A DNA stretch of 64,000 bases from the IMG/VR virus record IMGVR_UViG_3300042887_005324, positions 96,001-160,000 of that record. One strand, 5' to 3'. The DNA is from a virus. A program made the position numbers and the translations under genes. Shown here in pieces: positions 41,015-50,093 of the stretch (positions are counted from its first letter, which is position 1; each line of letters starts with the position of its first letter). The notes beneath the pieces were generated by a model. The model did no database searches, was not told the origin of the DNA, and saw nothing but the letters and a program-made list of their open reading frames with translations.

Positions 41015-41583
41015 TAGTTTTCTTCAACCCAATCAATTAACTTCAACAAATTATCAGAGTTATTAGGATATTTATCTAAAAGAGATTCGAGATAGCCAAT
41101 TCTACCTTCTATATAAGTCAACTCACCAAAAACAGGAACATATTCAGATCCGATCCCTTTTTCCCACTCAACTAATCTATCAAAATTACTTTCACAGATA
41201 CTCATATCTAACTTGTTAAACATTTCAGATAAAGGAAATTCACAGTTATGTTCTTTTGTATCTAAAATAGCAATTTTGACTGTTAAAATGTCTTTACTTG
41301 CTTTATCTTCACACAAACTTTGAAAGAAATCAGCAGATCTCTCTTCATTATCAAATCTACCTGGTTCATATATTATATCATGAAAAAGTGCTACTAAAGA
41401 AAGTAATTCTTTTTGTTTTTCATCAATCTTATTTGATTCATACTTCTCGTTAATTTGAGAAACTAAGTCATTTAAGTGTTCAATATTGTGATAATGTCTA
41501 TGTGATTCACACCACATATCTAGTAACATATTTATGTCCGCTTTGATTTTGTATTTGTTTAATAAGTTTTGAAAGTCAACCAT
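41011..41583 (-). CDS. HD-domain phosphohydrolase
   Basis: RHYHNIEH, ALFHDIIY, NEERSA. Confidence 0.82.
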   Translation of the reverse strand: MVDFQNLLNKYKIKADINMLLDMWCESHRHYHNIEHLNDLVSQINEKYESNKIDEKQKELLSLVALFHDIIYEPGRFDNEERSADFFQSLCEDKASKDILTVKIAILDTKEHNCEFPLSEMFNKLDMSICESNFDRLVEWEKGIGSEYVPVFGELTYIEGRIGYLESLLDKYPNNSDNLLKLIDWVEENY

Positions 41584-41609
41584 ATTTTGTGTTTAGTTTT
41601 AATTATATA

Positions 41610-42722
41610 TTATTTTCTCTTAAATTCTTCTTTATCATATGATAAGTGAAATTTGTCAAAATCAAAATATTTATCATATACATTTCTAACTTGATCTAGA
41701 GTGATTGTAGAAATAATATTTTCAATAATCCAGTTAGGTGGAGAAATCCACTTTGTTACATTAGAATATCTATTGATTTTATCTTTTTTCATTTTAATCT
41801 CATAAGCTTGTTTTATAGTATCAAATCTTTCTTGAGTTAAATATTCATCTGGATTATTTATTACCTTTCTCACTGTATCGTAAACTAAGTCAACATTACT
41901 AGATGATGTTTGAGTTCTTATTAAAGAAACACCTTGATTATTCATTCTTTCTTGATTTGCAGTAATGTGATAAACCAAACCCATTTTCTCTCTAACTTCT
42001 TTATATAAAGGAGAAGACAAACCAGAGGCTAACATTGCGTTAATAAATGTGATGTAATTAAAGTCCGATGTGGCAACAGGTGACATCATAATAAGAGAAG
42101 CCTTATCACCAAAGTCATTCATTTTTTCTAAAACAACATCAGAGTAGTCACCAAATTTATATTCTTTATCTATTTGTCTATCTTCAAAAGGTAAATCATA
42201 TTTAAAAGCAGACTTAGGTGAAACATTAATTATTTTTGTTGGATTTGCATATTGAAGATCAAAGAAATTCAAACAATCCATGAACTTTAGATTTTCTAAA
42301 TCTTCTTTTAATCCTATTGGTTCATAGAAACCAAACAATTTTCTATTCAGATTTAGTAAATGTGATTCAGTTTGGTCACTAAAATAATCAGTATATTCTT
42401 GTAATACAATATTTCTCTCGTTTTCAAATTGTTCTTTTGTCACATTGAATTCTGACATTAAATCCATTATTTCATACTTTCTTTTAGAAAGATATTCTTC
42501 TAATCCAGTAAAATAGAAAACTATTTCATTATTTGAAGTATAGGCATTCCAATCAATTCCTTCTCTTTTGAAATCTTCTCTAAGATGTTCAAAGTTCTTG
42601 CACATAAGGTGCTCTAGAAGATGGCTTATCCCATACCAGCCTGACTTTTCAAGATTTGTTGAGCCTTCATAAACGATGTAAAATCCAGCTAAATTTGTTT
42701 GTGATTTTAAATTTATTATCAT
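41610..42722 (-). CDS. M16 family zinc peptidase
   Basis: HLLEH (HxxEH), NAYTS, SSPLYKEVREKMGLVY. Confidence 0.9.
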   Translation of the reverse strand: MIINLKSQTNLAGFYIVYEGSTNLEKSGWYGISHLLEHLMCKNFEHLREDFKREGIDWNAYTSNNEIVFYFTGLEEYLSKRKYEIMDLMSEFNVTKEQFENERNIVLQEYTDYFSDQTESHLLNLNRKLFGFYEPIGLKEDLENLKFMDCLNFFDLQYANPTKIINVSPKSAFKYDLPFEDRQIDKEYKFGDYSDVVLEKMNDFGDKASLIMMSPVATSDFNYITFINAMLASGLSSPLYKEVREKMGLVYHITANQERMNNQGVSLIRTQTSSSNVDLVYDTVRKVINNPDEYLTQERFDTIKQAYEIKMKKDKINRYSNVTKWISPPNWIIENIISTITLDQVRNVYDKYFDFDKFHLSYDKEEFKRK

Positions 42723-42818
42723 AGTAATTATATATTAAAAATAGTAATTGTTAAAAAACAATTCTGGTATTTTACATATGTAGGAACATAATTTTTATAT
42801 ATAAAAATAAAAAATAAT

Positions 42819-43775
42819 ATGGATTTATTTGAATATTTCACAACAGATAATATTTCAGGTAAAAAATGTAATCAGAAATGGCTAAAAGTAAATAACCCAG
42901 ATTTATACATCGAGATAACCAATTGGTGTGATAGTTATGATAGTCTCAGAAATATCGAATTTAAGAGAAAAGTTTATCATTATATAAATAAATTAGTTGA
43001 AATACCGACTTGCAAGACCTGCAAAAGTTCAGTAAATTATTCTAGACTAAAAGATGGGTATAGAACATATTGTTCTGATAAATGTGTTAAGAGTTCTGAA
43101 GAATATTATAAAAAATGGCTTATTAGTGTTTCAAAAACTCTGAGCTCCGGTGATTTTATTAAAAAAAGAGAAAAAACCTGGAAAGATAAGTATGGTGATG
43201 ACTTTTATAAGATAATACAAGAAAAAAGAAGAAAAAATATTATAGATAAACACGGCTGTGAAAATGTTTTTCAATTAGAATCAACAAAAAACAAACGTAA
43301 GGAATCATTATTAGAAAAATATGGTTCAGAAAAATATAATAATCCAGATAAAACAAGAGAAACTCGAATCAAAAATGGAACTCAAATAAATGATGAATCG
43401 GTGGATAAATTTATTGAATATAAAAAAGTTGTAATTAATAGAACAATTACAATATATCGAAATAACAAACACTTGATAAACTCAAATAATTTAAAGAGGT
43501 CAAAAAGAACATATCATATTGACCATTTATTCTCTATAAAGCAGGGGTTTTTGAAAAATTTACCAGTGGAAATAATTTCACACCCATGTAATCTACATAT
43601 GATTCACTATAAGGAAAATTTAATTAAACAAGATAGTTGTTGGATTACCCTAAATGAACTTTTAGAAAAAATTATCTCTTATGAAAAAGATTTAATTTTC
43701 ACACATGAACATCTTAAAAATAAATACTCCAAGGTAAAAGAAATATCAGAGAATTTACTATTAAGTTTAATATAA
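42819..43775 (+). CDS. putative HNH homing endonuclease
   Basis: CKTC...YCSDKC; KYG repeats; HIDH...HPCNL...EN. Confidence 0.7.
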   Translation: MDLFEYFTTDNISGKKCNQKWLKVNNPDLYIEITNWCDSYDSLRNIEFKRKVYHYINKLVEIPTCKTCKSSVNYSRLKDGYRTYCSDKCVKSSEEYYKKWLISVSKTLSSGDFIKKREKTWKDKYGDDFYKIIQEKRRKNIIDKHGCENVFQLESTKNKRKESLLEKYGSEKYNNPDKTRETRIKNGTQINDESVDKFIEYKKVVINRTITIYRNNKHLINSNNLKRSKRTYHIDHLFSIKQGFLKNLPVEIISHPCNLHMIHYKENLIKQDSCWITLNELLEKIISYEKDLIFTHEHLKNKYSKVKEISENLLLSLI

Positions 43776-43790
43776 TATATATATTAAATA

Positions 43791-43997
43791 TTACTTGTTA
43801 AGATTCTGTGAACCAACACAAATATTCTTTTTTGAGATTTCACTTTTATATCCCCACACATCATCAGTAATCATATGACAAGCATGTTTGTCTTTACCGA
43901 TAGATTTCATCTTATCGACATAAGTTCTGAACTTTTCACTATGTTGATTATTTAGATTCCAAGGACACTCTTTACAAGGTTTACGACATTTTTTCAT
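43791..43997 (-). CDS. small Cys-rich protein
   Basis: PCKECPW, HACHM, ICVG; TATTTTTG at 44002-44009. Confidence 0.6.
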   Translation of the reverse strand: MKKCRKPCKECPWNLNNQHSEKFRTYVDKMKSIGKDKHACHMITDDVWGYKSEISKKNICVGSQNLNK

Positions 43998-44064
43998 AAT
44001 ACAAAAATATAAAATAAATTTTTATTATCAATAATTTTTCTTATATTTGTGAAAATAATTATCT

Positions 44065-44682
44065 ATGTATAAAATTGGACTATCAGGAAACTTCTATTCT
44101 GGTTATGATCAAATCTCAAAAATGTTTCAAAGTCAAGGAATATTAGTATTTGATGCAGATACTATATTAAGGTTTATGGTGAATTACTCACCTAAACACA
44201 TCAAATTAATAAAACAATCATTTGGTGACTCAATTTATAATTTTGGATTGCTCGATATGAAACTACTTCAATCAAATAAAGACTTTGATAAAGTATTAGA
44301 TATTCTACAAACTGACTTAATGAAGGCTTACGAAAAGTGGAGAATTAATAACTGGAATGCTGTTTATACTATTTTCAAATCTCAAATCTTATTTGAAAGA
44401 AAAATAAATCAATCTATGGACTTTAATATATCAGTCTATAAACCATCAATTGAAAGACGATATGAGATACAAGAAAAAACTTCTATTCCAATATCAACAA
44501 TTGATCATATTCTTAGAAATGAAATGAGTGAGCTTGATAAAAATCAAAAATCAGATTTTGTAATTCACAACTATTCTTTTCATGATATAAAGAAGCAATT
44601 GGAGAATATTAACAAAGCAATTCTGAAAAAGAATTACCACTCTGATGATTCATATCAAAGTGTTAAAAGTATGTTTACTTAG
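44065..44682 (+). CDS. dephospho-CoA kinase (CoaE)-like protein with degenerate P-loop
   Basis: KIGLSGNFYSGYD, VFDAD, SDFVIHN; TATATTTG at 44042-44049. Confidence 0.7.
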   Translation: MYKIGLSGNFYSGYDQISKMFQSQGILVFDADTILRFMVNYSPKHIKLIKQSFGDSIYNFGLLDMKLLQSNKDFDKVLDILQTDLMKAYEKWRINNWNAVYTIFKSQILFERKINQSMDFNISVYKPSIERRYEIQEKTSIPISTIDHILRNEMSELDKNQKSDFVIHNYSFHDIKKQLENINKAILKKNYHSDDSYQSVKSMFT

Positions 44683-44935
44683 TCTTTAGAACAATATCTT
44701 CTCCTTTGTCGGTCAAATCTTTGAAACAAGATAATGACTTAGCGATTAGATATCTATCTAAATCATTAAAATGTTCTTTATCATAAGATACTTGTACAGC
44801 ATTGATAAGTATATTCATTGCAGTAGTTGGATCTAGTGATTCTGCTTTTAATAACTCATTAATTTCATCTAATCTTTCTTTATCTTCTTCTGTTAATTGA
44901 GATAAATCGAATTCATTGATATTTTTTTCTACCAT
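44675..44935 (-). CDS. hypothetical protein
   Basis: 86-aa acidic ORF. Confidence 0.6.
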   Translation of the reverse strand: MVEKNINEFDLSQLTEEDKERLDEINELLKAESLDPTTAMNILINAVQVSYDKEHFNDLDRYLIAKSLSCFKDLTDKGEDIVLKTK

Positions 44936-44987
44936 TTTCTTTAATTATATTTTTATTTTATATTTATTTTAATTATCTTTGTTCATT

Positions 44988-45446
44988 ATGTATAATATAC
45001 ACATCATAGAAAATCAGAAAGAAAATACTGTACCAGTAACACTCACTATTGTAAAAAATGGTAATAAGTTATTGATGGTTAAAGCAGTAAAGTGGTTCAC
45101 TGGTTTTGGACTTCGTGAATCTAAAGATATAATTGATATGGTGGATAAAATTCCACAGATTATAAAGAAATATGCAACAACTGAAGAAATAATCGAACTA
45201 CGAAAAGATTTATCTACCAACTCTGAGTGTTTATACACAATTGATACGGTATCTGAATCAAGAAATAAGAAGTTGATTGAACTTGGTCTTGGCACAAAAC
45301 AAGACTATATAGATGATTTAGTAGAAAAAGATTTACATACACTTATCTCAAAAAGGTTTGATTATAGTGAACTTAAAAAGGTTTTAACAGAAAGATATAG
45401 TTTGATTAGTAAAGAAAATTTAGAAAAAATATATGAAAGTAATTAG
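44988..45446 (+). CDS. ribosomal L7/L12 C-terminal-domain-like protein
   Basis: KLLMVKAVKWFTGFGLRESKDIID aligns by eye to the L7/L12 CTD KxxVIKxVRxxTGLGLKEAKxxV; TATCTTTG at 44974-44981. Confidence 0.65.
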   Translation: MYNIHIIENQKENTVPVTLTIVKNGNKLLMVKAVKWFTGFGLRESKDIIDMVDKIPQIIKKYATTEEIIELRKDLSTNSECLYTIDTVSESRNKKLIELGLGTKQDYIDDLVEKDLHTLISKRFDYSELKKVLTERYSLISKENLEKIYESN

Positions 45447-46170
45447 TCTTAAAAACACAACTAAACTCGTAAAAGGTGGTATTTACGATGTACTAAAATT
45501 ACAGAATCAAAACACATCAACATCTCGTTACTTTAGACCAAGAGTTTTAATAAAACTTAATGACTCACAGTCTTTTTGGTTTAATGTCAACAATTTCAAA
45601 TTAGAGAATGGAAATGACTTACCAGAGACGAATTGGGTAGATTCATCCATTGATACAACGAACTATTCTGATCTAAGAATGACATCGACATATAAACCAA
45701 AAGTTGGTGAATATGTTGTTTACACTGCTAACTCACATAAAACACTTAATTATAATAGCATCTATAAGATTGTTGATGTTAGAACTCAAGAAAAAACAAA
45801 CTACGGAAGAACTTATACTTGGTTTGAAATTAAGGTAGAAGGCTCAAGTAGATTTTTAAGAACATACTCTTTTAGAAGATGCTCTGCACAAGAACTAAGA
45901 GAAATAAGTTTGAGTGAAGTCATGGAACTTCCTACTGGTGTTTCAAAAGTAGATAAATCTATCAGAAACATAGACAAACTAAGTGAAACAGATAAACAGA
46001 AACAAATCGCTAGATTGTTTATGTGGTCTTGTATTGACACTACAAGAAATAATCTATCAATTATTGACTGGGCTTGTACAAAATTAGGCACTAAACTTTC
46101 AGTAAAACCAACTGACTTTGAATTCTTGAATACAATGACTTTCAAAGAAATATCCGAAATATTTGATTAA
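45433..46170 (+). CDS. hypothetical protein
   Basis: 245-aa ORF with two similar beta-rich halves. Confidence 0.6.
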   Translation: MKVISLKNTTKLVKGGIYDVLKLQNQNTSTSRYFRPRVLIKLNDSQSFWFNVNNFKLENGNDLPETNWVDSSIDTTNYSDLRMTSTYKPKVGEYVVYTANSHKTLNYNSIYKIVDVRTQEKTNYGRTYTWFEIKVEGSSRFLRTYSFRRCSAQELREISLSEVMELPTGVSKVDKSIRNIDKLSETDKQKQIARLFMWSCIDTTRNNLSIIDWACTKLGTKLSVKPTDFEFLNTMTFKEISEIFD

Positions 46171-47762
46171 AAAATTCTATTGATTTCAGATTGAATGTAT
46201 TGCTCATCAATCTGAATATCTTTTGATTTATCATCAATAGACTTTTCAATTAGTTCTGTAATATATTTTTTATCAGAGTCTTTTACCCATATTGGATAAG
46301 GTAGTCTTTCGATATCTTTATTTTGAATATTTTTTGTATGATTTATTACCTTTTTAAGAATAGTATTACATTTCTCACTGAGTGTCCAGGCAATAATAAA
46401 AAACAACTCAGACTTATCAACATCTTCTTTTAAGATACCAACTGGAGAACTATTATCTATGATATAATTCTCTGGTAAGTATCTAGATTTAATTCTACTT
46501 GATATTAATTGCCAGGTCATTCCTTCTTTATTATAAAATTTCTCACCACCCATACCACCTAAATACCAATTCCCATTCTTTTTGAATGTTCTTAAAGTAA
46601 GTCCATCATTATCCCAGAATATTACTTTACTTGGTTTAGAAAATAAAAAATCTGAAGTTGCAACATTGTAAAATCGATAGTAATCGTGTGGAAGATTAAT
46701 TTTCTTAGGTGTTTTAGATTTTGTTATAATAACATTTAATTTCTTTTCGCCATTATTTTGTTTTTCTTTTAACTTTCTCAGCTTTGATATTGATACTTTT
46801 TTATTTTTAGATCGATTAATTTCATGATCAACTGATATAAACTCTTCGAATACTTCAAATTCATATTCTTCTACAATAGAATTATCTGGTAAAATATCTC
46901 TAACAAAGTATTCATTCTTACCAGTTGTTAAACCACCAGAACAAATCATGTAATCACCAATAAATTTATCACTAAACATATCAGAAAAATGTTCATCAAC
47001 AGACCAACTATAGTTCGGTGTCTTCTCAATACTTTTTAGTAAAACTTTATGATCATCTACAATAATATAATCTTTGTGCTCACTCATAGAAAATTTGAGT
47101 ATTACCATTGGATATTCAGTTTCTTCTGAGAAACTATTAATTGAAGTAATTTCGATTGAACCGTTTGATATCATCCAAGTTCTCAAACCTTGCATAGTTT
47201 TGATAGTTTTAAATGTATCAGAACAAATAAAAATTAATTTTCCATCTGATGTAAGTAACTCTATTGACTTCACGATAAAATAAGAGTAGGTTTCTTTTTT
47301 TATCTTGAGTCCATTTCTTCTTCCATAAATTTTCTCTAAATCTGATTGATATTGAATATTAATTGTACCACCGAATGGGGGATTTCCAATTATGTAATCA
47401 AATTCAACTCGGATATCTGCTATTAAAAAGTCAAAACAATATAGATTATGTTTAAGTGGTAGATATCCCCATTTTTCGTGTATTTTAGTTAAACAAGAGT
47501 CATAATATTCTTGATCGATCTCATATCCCCAGATATTATAGTTTAGTATGTAATCTAACTTTTGTTCAATTGTACCGTTGTATAGTGATAAGAACTTTTC
47601 AATTAAAAAAATAAGAAAAGAGCCGTCTCCAAAACAAGGTTCGAGTACTTTATCAGACTTTGAAAAAGATAAATTATTTAAGATATCCTGAGATAAATTA
47701 AGTGGTGTCATATACTGACCAAATTGTTTTTTCTTATCAGATAGGTGTTTTGTTCTTGCCAT
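46167..47762 (-). CDS. N6-adenine DNA methyltransferase (Eco57I/TaqI-like), orphan
   Basis: GQYMTP, LEPCFGDGSF, IGNPPF. Confidence 0.88.
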   Translation of the reverse strand: MARTKHLSDKKKQFGQYMTPLNLSQDILNNLSFSKSDKVLEPCFGDGSFLIFLIEKFLSLYNGTIEQKLDYILNYNIWGYEIDQEYYDSCLTKIHEKWGYLPLKHNLYCFDFLIADIRVEFDYIIGNPPFGGTINIQYQSDLEKIYGRRNGLKIKKETYSYFIVKSIELLTSDGKLIFICSDTFKTIKTMQGLRTWMISNGSIEITSINSFSEETEYPMVILKFSMSEHKDYIIVDDHKVLLKSIEKTPNYSWSVDEHFSDMFSDKFIGDYMICSGGLTTGKNEYFVRDILPDNSIVEEYEFEVFEEFISVDHEINRSKNKKVSISKLRKLKEKQNNGEKKLNVIITKSKTPKKINLPHDYYRFYNVATSDFLFSKPSKVIFWDNDGLTLRTFKKNGNWYLGGMGGEKFYNKEGMTWQLISSRIKSRYLPENYIIDNSSPVGILKEDVDKSELFFIIAWTLSEKCNTILKKVINHTKNIQNKDIERLPYPIWVKDSDKKYITELIEKSIDDKSKDIQIDEQYIQSEINRIF

Positions 47763-47786
47763 TAGATTTTATATTTATTTAAAACA

Positions 47787-47814
47787 AAAAAGTCCTGAAA
47801 TAATCAGGACTTTT
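47787..47814. terminator. intrinsic terminator
   Basis: AAAAAGTCCTGA-AATAA-TCAGGACTTTT downstream of the S1 gene. Confidence 0.7.
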
Positions 47815-47835
47815 AATTGTAAAAACTAAATCTGT

Positions 47836-48924
47836 TTATTTAGCAACTGAAAGAAAAATCTTTCTTGCTGATCTATCAACAGCGATAATTTTTACTTTTA
47901 CATCATCACCAGCGTTGAACTTCTTTGAAGTCTTTTCTAATTCAGATGTGTGAATCAAACCGTTTGTTTCTTCATCAAGAATAACAAGAGCTCCAAAAGG
48001 TTTCATATCTTTGATTTTACCATCAATTGTTTGACCAACTTTGATAGTGTCCCACAAAGACTCACGAAGAATTTGTGTCAAGATAATCTTATCTTTAATG
48101 ATTTCTTTGATGTAGAATTGGATTTGGAATCCAGGTGTGATTTGGTGAATACGATCTGCCCATTCTGGAACGATATTAGTCTTGTGAATCATACCAGTCA
48201 AACAATCGTTGAACTCAACGAATACTCCGAACTGAGTTGTACCAGTTACATTACCAGTGTAAACAACTCCATACTCAAGTTCTTTGATAGCTTGTGGAAT
48301 AAGAGTTTGTAGATATTTTCTACGGCTCACAATGTAAGTTCCTTCTTCTTTAGCAAAAGATTCGATCATTACTTCAAAAGTTTGACCAACAATTGTCTCA
48401 GGTGATGATAACTTATTGATACCAGCTAATGTATTTGGCATAAATCCTGGTAGAGTAACACCTTCATACTGAATTTCAACTGCGTATCCAGCTGGAGTAA
48501 GTTCTTTGACATGAGCAGTGACTGAAACTCCTTCTTCTAAGTTAGTGAGGCTAGCTCTTGCTTTAGACTCATAAAGTTCAGATAAACTTCCTTTGATTAA
48601 ATAATCGTTTTCATCAACTTCACTAATCAAAACATCGATTGATTCACCGATATTTGTATTTTTCAAATATTTAGCTTCACTTGGTCGGTTTTCAATTCGA
48701 ACATAATCTTTGAATCCACCGTCAAAAGTGAAAGAATCACCAGAAATACCTACATATTTCACATTCATTACAGCACCTTGTATTGGTGTTCTCATTTCAT
48801 AAGCATCGTATAGAGATGCCATTTTTTGTCTTTCTTGTTGATAAGCTTCGACTGCATTTACATCGAGAACATCAACATCATCAAAATCCATCATTCGTGG
48901 ATCGTACTTTAATTTTTTACCCAT
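47836..48924 (-). CDS. rpsA: 30S ribosomal protein bS1-like, about four S1 domains
   Basis: S1 repeats GNVTGTTQFGVFVEF..GMIH and GKIKDMKPFGALV..GLIHTSEL; VSRR linker. Confidence 0.85.
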   Translation of the reverse strand: MGKKLKYDPRMMDFDDVDVLDVNAVEAYQQERQKMASLYDAYEMRTPIQGAVMNVKYVGISGDSFTFDGGFKDYVRIENRPSEAKYLKNTNIGESIDVLISEVDENDYLIKGSLSELYESKARASLTNLEEGVSVTAHVKELTPAGYAVEIQYEGVTLPGFMPNTLAGINKLSSPETIVGQTFEVMIESFAKEEGTYIVSRRKYLQTLIPQAIKELEYGVVYTGNVTGTTQFGVFVEFNDCLTGMIHKTNIVPEWADRIHQITPGFQIQFYIKEIIKDKIILTQILRESLWDTIKVGQTIDGKIKDMKPFGALVILDEETNGLIHTSELEKTSKKFNAGDDVKVKIIAVDRSARKIFLSVAK

Positions 48925-48987
48925 ATATTTTTTTTTAAGAGAGTTATGAATATTTCTATTCGTTTAGTGTTAAAAGTTTATTATTAA

Positions 48988-49380
48988 TTAAAAATTATTT
49001 CTTGGGATGTTATTCTTAGTCATATAATCTCTAATTCTAATTGCATCCTCGTACTTTTCTTCTTTAAGACATTGATCCAATTTTTCATTGAGTTCTTTAG
49101 TAATTACATCTTTTGATTTCTTTGAGTCTGCTTTCTCATCAGTCAAAGAGTTGAAATAATCTGTCATTTGAGAAATATCAACAAAGTAAAGTGTTTTAAC
49201 AGATGATTTTAACTCATCTTTACTTAACTCACCTAATTTATCACTTTTTTCTAATTTGACTTTAAATTCATCAGTAAAAGCGTTATTGTCAATAAGATAT
49301 TTAGCTAAATGATAAGGTCTGTTCTTAAATAGTTTAAGAATTATAATTAGATTTTGATAAATTTTTTCATTATTCTCCAT
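48988..49380 (-). CDS. UvrB/UvrC (UVR) motif protein
   Basis: ELNEKLDQCLKEEKYEDAIRIRD. Confidence 0.7.
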   Translation of the reverse strand: MENNEKIYQNLIIILKLFKNRPYHLAKYLIDNNAFTDEFKVKLEKSDKLGELSKDELKSSVKTLYFVDISQMTDYFNSLTDEKADSKKSKDVITKELNEKLDQCLKEEKYEDAIRIRDYMTKNNIPRNNF

Positions 49381-49403
49381 AATGGGTATATTGAAAGTTC
49401 AAA

Positions 49404-50093
49404 TCAAAGTTTTTCAAAATAAAGATTAAAATAATAACTAAAAGCAAATCTATTAGCTGGTTTATCCTGATAGAATTTTATTCTTATATCCAGTTCGTTT
49501 GCATCAGTTTCAGTCTCGAACTTTGTTAATAAAGTTTCAGGTGTTTCAATACTAGCATCATACTGATTATTATATTTAATTCCATCTAATGTCAGTAAGT
49601 CAGCACTTTGATAATAAATCTCAACTTTAGAAAACTTATATCTGTTTAATACATTATTGTCTATATAACTTCTTATTGCAGCATTGACATTGTTATTTAC
49701 TGTCATGTTATTTCTAACACCTTCAAATGTTCTGTAAGTTTTTAATGTAGCAAACAAATAATTTCTCAATATTGATTGAAGTTCAATGTCTAAAATCCAC
49801 CTTGCTTCTGCATTTTTCTGCTCTTCGGTTTGAGCATCGTCTAAAAATAATCTATGATTCGTTTGTTTTTCAATGACAGTATCAAATACAATTTGTGGTA
49901 GATTACTTTCAGAATTTAAATCTAATTGTTCACCATTATCTAATTGATAATAAACAAGATTTTCATCTTGTATCATAATCGAATCTTCAATTTCTAACAT
50001 TTTAGATCCAAAAAATGAACTTTCTTCAACCATATTAAAAGTACCATGTACTTTTACATAATCAAACTCTGGACTTATATACTTTCTTCTCAT
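49404..50093 (-). CDS. putative virion structural protein
   Basis: coupled to the two large upstream ORFs. Confidence 0.55.
   Translation of the reverse strand: MRRKYISPEFDYVKVHGTFNMVEESSFFGSKMLEIEDSIMIQDENLVYYQLDNGEQLDLNSESNLPQIVFDTVIEKQTNHRLFLDDAQTEEQKNAEARWILDIELQSILRNYLFATLKTYRTFEGVRNNMTVNNNVNAAIRSYIDNNVLNRYKFSKVEIYYQSADLLTLDGIKYNNQYDASIETPETLLTKFETETDANELDIRIKFYQDKPANRFAFSYYFNLYFEKL

Noticed and set aside
46167-47762. Complete restriction-modification system
   Set aside because: No recognisable endonuclease domain in this ORF or in its neighbours.
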